From the NCBI GenBank assembly GCA_951406725.2, contig OX597817.1, positions 117,944,001 through 118,006,000 of the forward strand: a stretch of DNA of 62,000 nt, written 5' to 3'. Source of the DNA: Octopus vulgaris (Eukaryota). A program made the position numbers and the translations under genes. This document shows positions 12,739-25,070 of the stretch, in pieces. How positions within the stretch are numbered: position 1 is the stretch's first letter; the number at the start of each line of letters is the position of its first letter. The notes beneath the pieces are model-generated. The model was not told the DNA's origin. It was given only the letters and a program-made list of their open reading frames with translations, and did not search any database.

Positions 12739-14245
12739 CATATATGTATATCTTTATATAAACTGTGTCTACTTATATATTATGCCTGTACATTTTTCTA
12801 CAAGTATGTAATTATTGTTTCTATTTGAGATTTCAGAAATAAGTCTCCAGTACTTAATGCGCTTACTAAACACAAAGTGGTTTAAGCATAAAAACCAATT
12901 GGAAGGCATAGGACATTTTGGAATTGAAAGTCCACATAATTTCACAGTCTTTTTAATTATATAATGGTGACAGCCAATCGAACTTTTACGTATAGTTCAG
13001 ACAGGAAGGATTATAGAAAGCCAGACTATATTTGAATATTGTCTTGTCATTTTGACCTGCGAATGTAAAAGCTCGGAAGTAAAAGAATTCGTTAGCGAAA
13101 TCTTGAACAGCAAAACAAATCTAGAATCAAATCTGGAATGTCGTCAATTATTGTTAATACTTACGTCAGAGTATAACAACCTGAATAAGAGGCAGCTGTA
13201 AGATGTAAACATTTTACAAGAAAAGTGAAACTGAATTCACCTTGTCAGGCTTCAAGAAGTTGCAAGAATACCAGGAGCCGTTATCTTTCAATCAATGATG
13301 ATTGAAGATTGATCACTAATTCACGAACCGGAGAAAAGATCGGAAGAAGCTCTATCGTGTATATCAAATAAGGGTGTAGACAGAAGTACATGAGTACAAT
13401 GAATAAATCTTATGCGAATTATAAAACAAAAGACATATATTATGCATGTTTGAAATAGCTACAGTTGCGCACAGATCGGTGTACTACCTGAAAGAATAAT
13501 GGAAATAAAAGAAATAAATGGGCTGCAATCAGGAGCTAAACATACAAAGCATCCACTAGAACGATTACTGAAGTCTGGTGCTGTTGGAGAGAACGACACA
13601 ATGAGAAGGTCTGAATTTAATGTGACACATTATGACATGTAATAAATTGAAGGTAAAATATATGGTAAGAGCCACTGATGAGAATTCAGATGCTTTGAAT
13701 CAAAATTCGAAATTACCGGTGATCTGGCTTAGTTAGCTAGTTAAAATTATCTCCCTTGTCAGTTATAAAGACAGTGCATTTGTGGCTATTGCGTTGTTCT
13801 TACTGTCATTTCTACAAATGCTGGTACTACTTAGTATATTCTGACACTTTTGTGATATTCATAAATTTGCAATTAGGCTGTTAAATTGCTAATAAACCAC
13901 CCATATTATTTATAGTTTCCACTTTTACTTTTATCGTTTTTTAAAAAATCAGCGTGAATTCAACGGTTTCCTTATAAACTGACGAGGTTAGTTGAGGTTA
14001 ACCCTATGCGCGGTAGGAAACACTGACGAGAATTAAGATCCTCGGTGTCAAAATTCGATATCACCAGTGATTTGGCTACGCCCGCTTATTACCCTATAAC
14101 TTATTACCCTATACCACATTAGGGACGTCTATAAATTTGCCATTGGGTTGTTAAATTGCTAATAAGCCACCCATATTATTGATGTACATGCATACATACC
14201 CGTACACATACATACCCATACACATATATATACATACGTATATAC

Positions 14246-14314
<69 letters not shown>

Positions 14315-15159
14315 CGACGTAAGAATGACTAAGGGTGAATTTCCTGTCTAGAAAAGGATACTGTTAACATTTACGTCAGAATATAACATCCTGAATAAGA
14401 GGCAGCTCTAAGATGCAAACATTTTACAAGAAAAGCTTTTGATCATTTCCTCGATAACAAGGTACCCATTGAATTTCAATTTTTTTTAAATTTTCATATA
14501 TATGTCATATATTTTATTTTTCATATATTTTTAGTTTTCATACATTTGTTCTGTTTGGGATTTTACATTACTGCGTTTATTTTTGCTTTGTTAATTTTGT
14601 TCTGCTTTGACTTGCGATGATTTTGTGTAGGGTATATCTTTTCAGTTAGTATTTGTGTAATTTACTGTACTACCCTATTTAAGATTCATATCTTACTTTA
14701 CTATTACAGCTATACCAATGATACCTAATCCAATACTTTAGGATTACATGTAGACTTATTCTTACTTTACTTCACCTGTATTCATATATTTATTTATAAT
14801 CTTTGATTAAAATTTTATTTCTCTTCACTATTTTGTACTTATGAATTCCTGCTAATTAACTAGGTAGATGGGAATATTTCCGCTTTAAAATAATTAGCGA
14901 AACCATCGCTGCCTTTCCTTTGTATCTTTGCAAATACTAAACATGAGTTCCAACTACTATTCATTTTGTAACATTAGAAAAATAACTGAGTGACGATGGC
15001 TAGAAACATGCTGATCAACTATATCCTCTTTCTTCTTGTTCTTCCTCTTCTTTGGAAGTTGATTTCATTTAGTTCTGACAAAGATATCATTATGGAGGTG
15101 GCTCCCTACTTTGTCGATCTGTAAACGCACCTAAATGCATATACGTAACAGCTGCAAGC

Positions 15160-15194
<35 letters not shown>

Positions 15195-15204
15195 TTTCTC
15201 CTCG

Positions 15205-15217
15205 TAATAATAATAAT

Positions 15218-15291
<74 letters not shown>

Positions 15292-15301
15292 TAATAATAA
15301 C

Positions 15302-15338
<37 letters not shown>

Positions 15339-15340
15339 GT
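15205..15340. repeat. (AAT)n microsatellite
   Basis: Direct reading. Confidence 0.95.
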
Positions 15341-15387
15341 TATAACATATTTACGAGTATTTATTTTGAATAGTTACTAATTCGTAT

Positions 15388-15735
15388 ACTCTTTACTCTT
15401 TACTCTTTTACTTGTTTCAGTCATTTGACTGCGGCCATGCTCGAGCACCGCCTTTTGTCGAGCAAATCGACCCCAGAACTTATTATTCGTAAGTCTAGTA
15501 CTTATTCTATCGGTCTCTTTTGCTGAACCGCTAAGTTACATGGATGTAAACACACTAGCATAGGTTTGTCAAGCAAGCGGGACAAACACAGACACACAAA
15601 CATACACCAATATATGTATATAGGTGTATTTTACTATAGCCTCGGGCTGACCAAAGCCTTGTGAGTGGATTTAGTAGACAGAAACTGAAAGAAGACCCTC
15701 GTATATATGTATATATACGTATATATATATGTATA

Positions 15736-15775
<40 letters not shown>

Positions 15776-15796
15776 TGTATATATATATATATATGC

Positions 15797-15871
<75 letters not shown>

Positions 15872-16015
15872 TACATATATATATACGTATATATACATAT
15901 ATACGAGGGTCTTCTTTCAGTTTCCGTCTACTAAATCCACTCACAAGGCTTTGGTCAGCCCAAGGCTATAGCAAAAGACACCTACCCAAGTTGCCACGCA
16001 GTGGGACTGAACTCA
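15388..16015 (-). mobile_element. Composite SINE (family A: tRNA head, CTTGGGCAAG core-like segment, microsatellite, tail) with an internal inverted duplication
   Basis: Matches the copies at 24397, 38047 and 53512; 15623-15745 is the reverse complement of 15862-15982. Confidence 0.85.
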
Positions 16016-16323
16016 GATAATATATGTATTATGCACTGAAGCGCGGGACTATTCAAGATGTAACGGATTACAACGAAACTAGACGAGCTTTTCATTTTAG
16101 GTGCAGCCTGACATACTGACGATAATTACGTCTCCAGCCAGAATTCGAAATCATGACCCAGGTATATCTGTTTCCTTAATTCTACGGCGATTTAGCTGAG
16201 AATATGTTAAATGCTACTCGTTTGCCCGATTTTTGTTGGTCCGTTACATATTTTCATTAAGATTAGTGGTTAAGATGGAGGATTTTACTTCTACTCTTTA
16301 GCAAGTTGGTCCTTCTTGTACCA

Positions 16324-16366
<43 letters not shown>

Positions 16367-16472
16367 GAGAGAGGGGGGGTTACAATTTAAAGGGAAAATC
16401 CCGGGGAATAATTTCAAGGTAGCTAAGTATCCGAGGATTTAAATCTGGGATAGTAAGTCTTATTTAGTAGAA

Positions 16473-16730
16473 AATTGAACAAGGAGACGAACTCTCAGGA
16501 TGTTGTTAAGGCATATATATATTGAATTCTTCTGCACATATTTCGAAGGATGAACTCCAAAATGCCTGACAGGATAAATTATGTTCAGCAATGCATCAAT
16601 CTCGTCAGGAAGGATAGAAATATCTTCAAACTCATCAAACAGCCATTTTGGAGTGCATATGTTTATCTTGAAGAATTCAAGATATAAATAGTTTAACAAC
16701 ATCCCGAGAGTTCGTCTCCTTGTTCAATTC
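16473..16730. repeat. Imperfect foldback element
   Basis: Nested inverted arms: AATTGAACAAGGAGACGAACTCTC.GGATGTTGTTAA (about 16475-16509 vs 16693-16729), TGAATTCTTC/GAAGAATTCA and ACTCCAAAATG.CTG/CAG.CATTTTGGAGT. Confidence 0.75.
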
Positions 16731-17198
16731 CCTTATACATATATACATAACTTCAATAATAAATATGAATGTCTGTGTGTCAATGTGTGACACTTCTTCA
16801 GCTTTACTCTTGGAGACCTTAGCCCAACATATCATACCATTTTGAAATCCGGTCGACTCTGTGAGTAAATTAATAACAGGGCCGAATCCGGACCCGCAAT
16901 CCTGTAATTTTTAATTCCCAAGTTTTCATTACTGCGATTGTTTTCGGCAATTCGTTTACCTGATTTTCTTCGACAAATGTTATTGTTCGATAATAAATTT
17001 TATAATATATATTTTGGACTCCGAAGTTTTCATTATTGCGATTGTTTCCGGCGATTTTTTACGTTTTGTTTTCGGCGATTTCTTTTTGCAATGAATTTTT
17101 TGTACGATAACAATTTTTATAACTTGGAAATAAATTATGGGAATAACCGAAATTAATTGCGAAATACAGCGATTATTTTCGGCTATTTATTTTACGTG

Positions 17199-17690
17199 AC
17201 TTTTTGCGATGAATATGATCAGCATTGCGATATGACTCTGAAGGAGGCGATTCTCCAAATCACTTCAGAGATATATTTGTTGTAACGAATACCACCTGTG
17301 GACTTTCCAACCCAGTTATTCTCCAGGAAAAATATCAGGAGGCTCTCAGTGAGGATATTCATCATCAAATGATACTTGCTGATCCAGGATTAGAAATGAA
17401 TCTTTAGATTGCAAATTTAGCTCTCTGAAATTCAAGACAAAGTGAAAAACTACGTTCAAAGAGATCTCAGCAACTGTGGTGTGCCAAAAACAAACAGACA
17501 GACTGAACAAATCAACAGAGACATTGCGAGAGAAACGGGATACAACATGGAAGAACTGCAGCAATGTGTTTAAATCAATGGGCCCCTGTGGAACCAAGAC
17601 CAACATGAAGTCCTTGATGACATCAGCAACAACAGTGGAGGGATTTTCTTCTTGGGTGCATCTGGAGGTACTGGTAAAATGACCAAATAC
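17199..17690 (+). pseudogene. Degenerate Helitron Rep-helicase fragment
   Basis: Translates across breaks to D.H.DMTLKEA..SP..FRDIF...TCGLSNP.IL.EKY..ALSEDI..RETGYNMEEL..GGIFFLGASGGTGK (PIF1 Walker A), collinear with the Helitron at 58-59 kb. Confidence 0.8.
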
Positions 17691-18052
17691 AACGCCTACC
17701 GACATTTTTTAAACAGCCTGGTTATATCATTAAGATTGAATTTGACTTGACAAGTGCGCAAAAGCTACATTCCCCACACTATATTCAGTAACAAATGAGA
17801 CAATGAAATATTGAAAATAATTCCACATTGAAGGAGTTCCAAAATTAGATGAACTAAAAGCAAGTTAAGAAAAAGCTAAACACACGGAAAAAAATTTCTT
17901 AGAATACAGCCTAAAGTAATTCTATTGAAAAAATCGAGGAAAAAGCACTTCATAGTAAATATCAAAATATTTTACATATCAGTGTTTAGCTTCCTCTGAT
18001 TTAAAATCAGAGAGTCTATCATAACAGCCACGGATCAGTGCATGAAGCTATC

Positions 18053-18266
18053 ACTTTTTGCGATGAATATGATCATCATTGCGATATGACTCTGAAAGAG
18101 GCAATTGCAACAAATTCTCCAAATCACTTCAGAGATATATTTGCTGTAACGATTACCACCTGTGGACTTTCCAACCCAGTTATTCTTCAGGAAAAATATC
18201 AGGAGGCTCTCAGTGAGGATATTCATCATCAAATGAGACTTGCTGATCCAGGATTAGAAATGAATC
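18053..18266 (+). pseudogene. Local duplicate of the Helitron fragment at 17199-17402
   Basis: High identity; the 17.2-kb copy lacks 10 nt between ATT microrepeats. Confidence 0.8.
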
Positions 18267-18296
18267 AATATCATAAAGAAGAGCTGCAGATCAATA

Positions 18297-18829
18297 AGCC
18301 GATTGCATAAAAAACAACCGGAAGCAATCGATCGCATTGTCTCCGGGTGTAACCTTCTTGCACCGTAATTTTATCCCAACACAACATGATAGAGCTGCAC
18401 AGTATCTGAACTAGGTAATTTGCAAGAACCTGACCTGTCCCGAAAACGATCATTTCTCACTCCTATGGAAATTTCCTTTTCAGAATAACATAATGATCGA
18501 TGCAAAAAGGGTATATATTATATCTTGAAGTGCAAATTTGCATAATGTGGGGGGTCAAGATTAGAACAATCGCCGTTGTTGTACGTGCTCTTGGGAAAAT
18601 AGCAAAAGTGGTTGACTATTACTTATCTCAAATCGCTAGGAATCCAGAAATGGAAGAAGACAAGAAATAGTGCTCTTCCTGACCGAAAATCTTCCCATAA
18701 AAGCCCATACACATTTAAAACCATTCATTACTGAATCAATGATGTTAATAATAAAAATATAGCAACAACAATAACAGCATGAAGAAGAACAGTATGCAAC
18801 AACATTAAGCACAAAAATATTACTACTTC

Positions 18830-18830
<1 letters not shown>
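18297..18830 (+). mobile_element. R4/Dong-like (RLE-type) non-LTR retrotransposon 3' fragment
   Basis: RLHKKQPEAIDRIVSGCNLLA..HDRAAQYL..ICKNL (decayed CCHC knuckle), LLWKFPFQ and VKIRTIAVVVRALGKI; followed by a (CTA)n(TAA)n tract. Confidence 0.7.
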
Positions 18831-19026
<196 letters not shown>

Positions 19027-19029
19027 TTC

Positions 19030-21200
19030 AACACTCGTTCAAAACACCATACAGGAATGAAGTCATACCGTAAATACCCAACAAAATGAACCATGTCCAC
19101 ATCATGTGCCACAGAATGCCTATACCCGACAGAACACAACTTACGCTGCATAAACGACACACAATACAAAATATGATAGATCAGAAGACTCAAACCATAC
19201 CCCATAATAAAATATATTGAAAATACAATATCCCCTCCAAAAAGAAAACAATGCAATACACACCACCCCACCAGTACTAAGGTGCAAAAAAATGATACAA
19301 TAGAAAGTTGCTTGTAGCGATGTCGAAAAATAGTAGTGGTGATGAGACACAGAAATTTCCGAAGAACTCTTGTAAAGTAAAGATGCAGACTGACCACAGC
19401 TGTTATCTAAATACAGCATCAGCACATAATGTATCAAGGTGGAGGAAGTGGATCAGTGAAGAAAACAGGATACGTAGAAAGTGAACCTACTATGAGGGGC
19501 TATAGAAAACAGAAGAAATTGGGTGACAGTATTACAGGTAGAAGATATCACAAGGAAATGGGAAAAGAAAGACCAGGCAATAGGAAAGACAAACAACAAT
19601 ACAAGTGATAGAGCTCAAGCCAAATGAAAACCTAAAGGCAAATATAATTATAGCGCAATCAATAAGGAAAGGATTTATGTGATTTAAGTGAGGAAAATCA
19701 GAAGATTTTTAGATGAGTTGCAGGAAGTAATGAGGAAGCGATTGGCAGCATTAAGAGGCACCAAAAGAAGGAAGCTGCTACAAAACACTAGGGAAGTAGA
19801 TTCTGTTTTCAGAATATTGGGGACACTATATTGTTGATCTGTAGGGGTTGTAGTCAATACAAGATTAGATATCACACAGGGAAAGATTAAAATTGAGGAA
19901 ATGTAGAAAAGGAGATTAGAAAATAAAGTGAAGACTTTAAAACTAGATCTGAATAGAATAGAAGCCTGGAAACGGAACAAGTTAGGAAACACAAGCTGCA
20001 AGTAGACAAGAGCGAAGGTTAGAGTTATAAATATCTATGAGTATTAGAATCTGACAGAGTTCTAACCATAGAAATGGAAGCAAAAATTGAGGGGTACATA
20101 AGAAGAGTGAGGAAGCTAATGAAGTGAAAAGCTAAATGGTCCGAATCTAGTAAAGGTTGTAAATATTTGAACAGTATCATTTCTTAGACACTCAGTAGCT
20201 TTTGTAGATTGGACAACAACTGAATTAGCAAAGCTAGACAGAGGAACTAAGAAGGAATTCAATACTAATATAGGACTGCACACAAGGGCATGAGACGCAC
20301 GATTTTACTTACCTAGAAAGGAAGATGGTAGAGGATTATTATCAGTAGAAGACTGCGTGGAATTAGCTAGAGTAGATATAAAGTCCTATATAATTAATAG
20401 TGAAGATAGTCTATTAAAATCTGCTAGAGTAAATACAGTAAGACATAGGAAAACCAAAAGCCCTAACGAAGTTAAAAAACAGAAAAAAGAACAGAAATTA
20501 TCTGACTGGCAGGAGAAGGCCTTGCATAGTAGAATCCCAAAGATACTTGCAGTAAATAGTAGTAGTAAGATATGGCTATGGTTGCAGAAAGGAAAGCTGA
20601 AAAGTAGTAGCTGCAAAAGATCAAGCATTAAGAACTGATTGGAACAAAGCCAAGACAGACAAAATCCAAGTAAATTCCCAATGTAGATCACGCAAATCAA
20701 AAGAGTAAAGTGTTACTCGTATAGTAAATAAATTTAGCATGCAGTGCACAGAAATAATCCAAGAAAATACATGACAACCTAGGAAGAGTAATCCACTGGG
20801 AGTTATGTAGAAAGCTAGGATTTGAGCTTACTAATAAATGGTATGAACATGAATCTAGTGAAGTACCATAAAGTAGGAAATACTTGATGTTGTGGGCTTT
20901 AACATTCAGACTGACTGAGTAATAGAAGCTAGAGGGCCTGTGTTAGTAGTAGTAAATAAAGAGAATAGAAAGTGCCAAGTAACTGACTTTACAGTCATAA
21001 ATTGGGAACTATCTCTAAATATCTGAACATATGGATAGAGAAAATTGGCATAAAACCTAGATTAATACAGCTCCAGAAAACAGTGTTATTAGGGACAACT
21101 ATGATACTTAGGATGGTTCTTCGCATCTAAGGTTACATGTTGTAGCCCGATGTAGCCCAATTCGTTGCTTTTATATGAAAATAACAACAACAACAACACC

Positions 21201-21239
<39 letters not shown>

Positions 21240-21240
21240 C
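19030..21240 (+). mobile_element. R4/Dong-like retroelement, degenerate, RT core absent
   Basis: N-terminal ESEPTMRGYRK and *KRRLENKVKTLKLDLNRI; then YKYL*VLESD, FYLPRKEDGRGLLSVEDCVE, HDNLGRVIHWELCRKLGF..KWYEH, FNIQTD..EARGPVLVVVNKE and LQKTVLLGTTMILRMVL; (AAC/AAT)n tail. Confidence 0.85.
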
Positions 21241-22119
21241 TAATAACCTTATTCAGTAAATGTCACTGGAGTGGAAAGATCATAAAGAATAGTTATTATG
21301 AATGAAAAACAAAGACCCTGTGTTGTCTGCCGCGTTCTCCTCGATAAATTGATAATCTCCACTATTATATCGAATATTAATAGCACGCACACAGATATCA
21401 AATAAATAGAACCGATCCACTACTAAAGATTGCAGTTGCCAGAGAAATTGAAGACGGAAAACGAATAGTGTTTAATCGACAGATTGAACATCAGTTGACT
21501 GAAGAAGAAATTATAAGAGGAACTGGCTTATTGATATATGGATCAATTACATAAATCTTAGCATTTAAAGCCCACTAACTCTTGGATTTTGATAGCACTC
21601 AAATATATCAAAACTTCAAATGACATTGTTGGATTGTTACCTCTAAGTATGGGGAGAGAAAGAACCAAGAACTAACTAGAGGGGAACGCTTTTGAGTAAA
21701 TCAAATTGTGCTGGAGTATTTTGCTACGTTAGCATTATTTCTATACTTGCTATAGAACAGAGAAAAGTAGACTCTAGATATAGCCGTAGAAAATAACAGA
21801 AGATAGTCAACTGTTTACTAGTCATGCAGGTTTTAAAGTTATGTGGAAATATTATGAGGGAATTGGATATTCGTGACTATACTCTGAAAGTGTTGGAAAA
21901 TTACGTTAAAATAGAATTTAGAGTGTCTGTGAAATTAAGAGTATTGGGGACACTAATTTGTTGATCTGTAGGGATTGTAGTCAAAAGTGACGTAAAAACT
22001 CTTTAGAGTGGAGAAAAGATACGGGAGAATTGTAGAGAGTTTTGGTATACATTCATTATTCCATGAAGATGGAATAATGAATGAATAATTTAAGGAGGCA
22101 TTATTTGCGAACTGTAACG

Positions 22120-22265
22120 CGTGTACATTATTTACATTATTTACAATTGACAGATATTTGTCCTCATCTTGTTTGTTGTTTCGGCTGATATACTCTCCAG
22201 CCTTCATCATGTGTCTTGGGGAAATTTTGAACCTGGGTTCTCATTCCTAAGGTATTTTTTCGATG
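22120..22265 (-). mobile_element. Hammerhead-bearing SINE-like element (family 3), 3' part
   Basis: Reverse complement of 44623-44762; GACAC-ATGATGA-A-GGCTG..CAGCC-GAAAC with C3>A and the cleavage-site region deleted. Confidence 0.8.
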
Positions 22266-22354
22266 TTGTTGTTGTTGTTGTTGTTATTATTATTGTTATT
22301 ATTATTATTATTATTGCTGTTGCTGTTGTAGTTATTATTATTATTATTATTATT

Positions 22355-22908
22355 GAGTGAGAGAGCAGCGCATGCCATCAAAGTGACACTGGGGTAAAAT
22401 ATACGAAGCCCAATATACCCATCATGACTACCCGTCTGATAAAGGTACACCAGGCACATGCATCACAACCATATGTGCGCGACATGGTGATCTCATATCA
22501 AGATAAACAGCACATAACCTTGCAGGTGGGGCCCAGTTAGAATTTTCTTCAGGTTGAGTAGCCCATCCCGCTCAAAAGGTCCCTGAATAAGGGTTGTTTA
22601 AGGATGTTGAAAGAACCACCCATGTTTCCAGAGGTGAATTATTCAAACCCAAAAGAATCCCTCTCAACACATGGCTATGATGCTCCCCCACTACTTCTGC
22701 TCGTGATCAGAGATGCACATATCGTCAGCCACTAAGGGACATGCTCAACTGGTTAAAGTCAAACAACTGACAAGCAAATCTGTGGTATTGAGCAGAATAT
22801 TTGCTGTAGCCCATCTTTTATACCAAGACAAAACAATGTACATGATAACACTTCCAATCAGTTAAGATCAGAAGCCATGAGAGCCTCTGCCTGGTACTGC
22901 ATCAGGGC

Positions 22909-22910
<2 letters not shown>
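22355..22910 (-). mobile_element. 556-bp non-coding insert flanked on both sides by (ATT)n
   Basis: Sharp microsatellite boundaries; about 45% GC; no long ORF; strand assigned tentatively from an (AAT)n tail. Confidence 0.6.
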
Positions 22911-22992
<82 letters not shown>

Positions 22993-23003
22993 CATTATTA
23001 TTA

Positions 23004-23092
23004 TTGAGGTCAAGATGAGGACAAATATCCGTAAATTGTAAATAATGTAAATAATGTACATAATTCCTCATCTCTTAAATATTGAACTGTAG
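23004..23092 (+). repeat. Inverted copy of the family 3 element 3' end
   Basis: CAAGATGAGGACAAATATCCGTAAATTGTAAATAATGTAA is the reverse complement of about 22131-22171. Confidence 0.8.
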
Positions 23093-23224
23093 TAACAAGG
23101 ATATTAAATTCTGAATTCACCCCCAAAAACCTTTCCATCTTCCTATAAAATGTGTGAATAACAAAATAGAGCAAGGAAAACTTTGAGGTAGTAATTATAA
23201 GAACAAGGGAATTTCTGATTATCT

Positions 23225-23935
23225 GCATAGCCTTACCCTAGACAAATACTAAAATTTTAATTTTAGAAGGGAAGTTGGAGCGAGAGGATTGACAATTGTA
23301 TATAATTATAGAGAAGTGAAAGTTGAGAGTTTCATGAAGCAATTTATTAATAGAAACAGGGTGCTTATAATAGCAGAATTTTTAAGAGATGTAAGTTGAA
23401 AGATTGCAAAAAAAAAATGGTACATTCGAAGCAACGAAGTAAGAATACTACGAAAAACACGTAAAATACGAAGCAAAATATTTGCAATATTTTAATAGTT
23501 ATTAAAAATATTGAAGTGAGTCGAGCGCAGAGACCATTTCAATACTTCAAAAGGAGAATTTCAAAGAAGGAGACAGAGATATGATTCTAGGTGAACAGAA
23601 TAACACAGAACAAGACAGATCAGGAAGATTACAAACATAAAAAAGAATAACGTCTAGACTGAATGAAGAATGTGTAGTGAAAGAGAAGAGACGTTTGTAA
23701 GTAAACTCTTTGGGTATAAGCTGCTTGCTGAGAGAGCTTATATGAGCTGGAGATATGACGAAATTACTAATATGGATGAGTGAGTTACAAATATGAATTT
23801 GAAATCAAAGAAAAATATATAACTATAATGCAGAACATATCCGTGGATATGACTTTGTGATATAAAAGTTCAAACAAATCGGGAAACGGATCATTTACAC
23901 CCAGATATTGTCATATTCGATAAAGCGGAATAGTT
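23225..23935 (+). pseudogene. Very decayed R4/Dong-like C-terminal fragment
   Basis: EVGARGLTIV and DIKVQTNRETDHLHPDIVIFDKAE (resembles the RLE motif WDF.IQTD..I.H.RPDIV); many stops. Confidence 0.5.
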
Positions 23936-24396
23936 TTCTTGCTTAATCAGTTCTCTTTATCCTTGTGGACATATAGTGGTGTATAAAATTGTGAGAAATC
24001 AAAAAGAAAACAACATTAAAAAAAAAATGAACTTCAGAGTCAGCAATTGCCGTGATGTTAAACCAACTGGAATAGGAGTTTTGAGGATCGTGGCAGAGGT
24101 TTAGATGATTTCTTGGATATATTGGATATCGAGATGAATTTCTTCATCTTGAAAAAAGAAGAAAAGAAAACACGATGCTTGACATAATAAAAACCATAAG
24201 AGCTAAAAAAATCTTTGGTTGTCGAATTCTGTTTATTCTGTATCAAGCCAATACCAGTAGAAGATCCAAGAAAAATCTAAGTGAAAGAAAAGACATAACA
24301 ACAAGAGCAACAACAGCAACAGCAGCAACAACAACAACAATCATAATAATTACTGGCTGGATCCGTGAAAAGTTCATGGAAAATATAAAATATATA

Positions 24397-24560
24397 GGCG
24401 TAGGAGTGGCTGTGTGGTAAGTAGCTCGCTTACCGACCACATGGTTCAGGGTTCAGTCCCACTACATGGCATCTTGGGCAAGTGTCTTCTACTATAGCCT
24501 CGGGCCGACCAAAGCCTTGTGAGTGGATTTGGTAGATGGAAACTAAAGAAGACCATCGTA

Positions 24561-24593
<33 letters not shown>

Positions 24594-24803
24594 GCGTGAG
24601 TATGTGTTTGTGATTCTGTGTTTGTCCTTCCAACATGGCTTGTCAACCGATGCTGGTGTGTTTACGTCCCCGTAACTTAGCGGTTCGGCAAAAGAGACCG
24701 ATAGATTAGGCTTACAAAGAATAAGCTCTGAAGTCGATTTGCTCGACTAATGGTGGTGTTCCAGCATGGCCACAGTCAAATGACTGAAACAAGTAAAAGA
24801 GTA
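24397..24803 (+). mobile_element. Full-length composite SINE (family A)
   Basis: GGCGTAGGAGTGGCTGTGTGGTAAG head, GGGTTCAGTCCC B-box, CTTGGGCAAG, internal TA/TG tract, tail ending GACTGAAACAAGTAAAAGAGTA. Confidence 0.9.
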
Positions 24804-24857
24804 TCTGTAAATTGTGTGCTGGTGCCATGAGAAATATTTCTATATTGTGACAGTTAA

Positions 24858-25070
24858 AGGCGGCGAGCTGGCAGAATCCTTAGCAGGCCGGGCGGAATGC
24901 TTAGCGATATTTCGTCTTTTTTTACGTCCTGAGTTCAAATTCTGCCGAAGTCGACTTTGCCTTTCATCCTTTCGGAGGTCGATAAATTAAGTACCAGTTG
25001 CGTACTGTGGTAAAAGAAATCGACCGGCCCTATCCCCCTCAAGATTCCAGGATTTGTGCCTATAGTAAAA
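24858..25070 (+). mobile_element. tRNA-derived SINE (family B)
   Basis: GGCGGCGAGCTGGCAGAATCCTTAGC head; GAGTTCAAATTC B-box. Confidence 0.85.
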
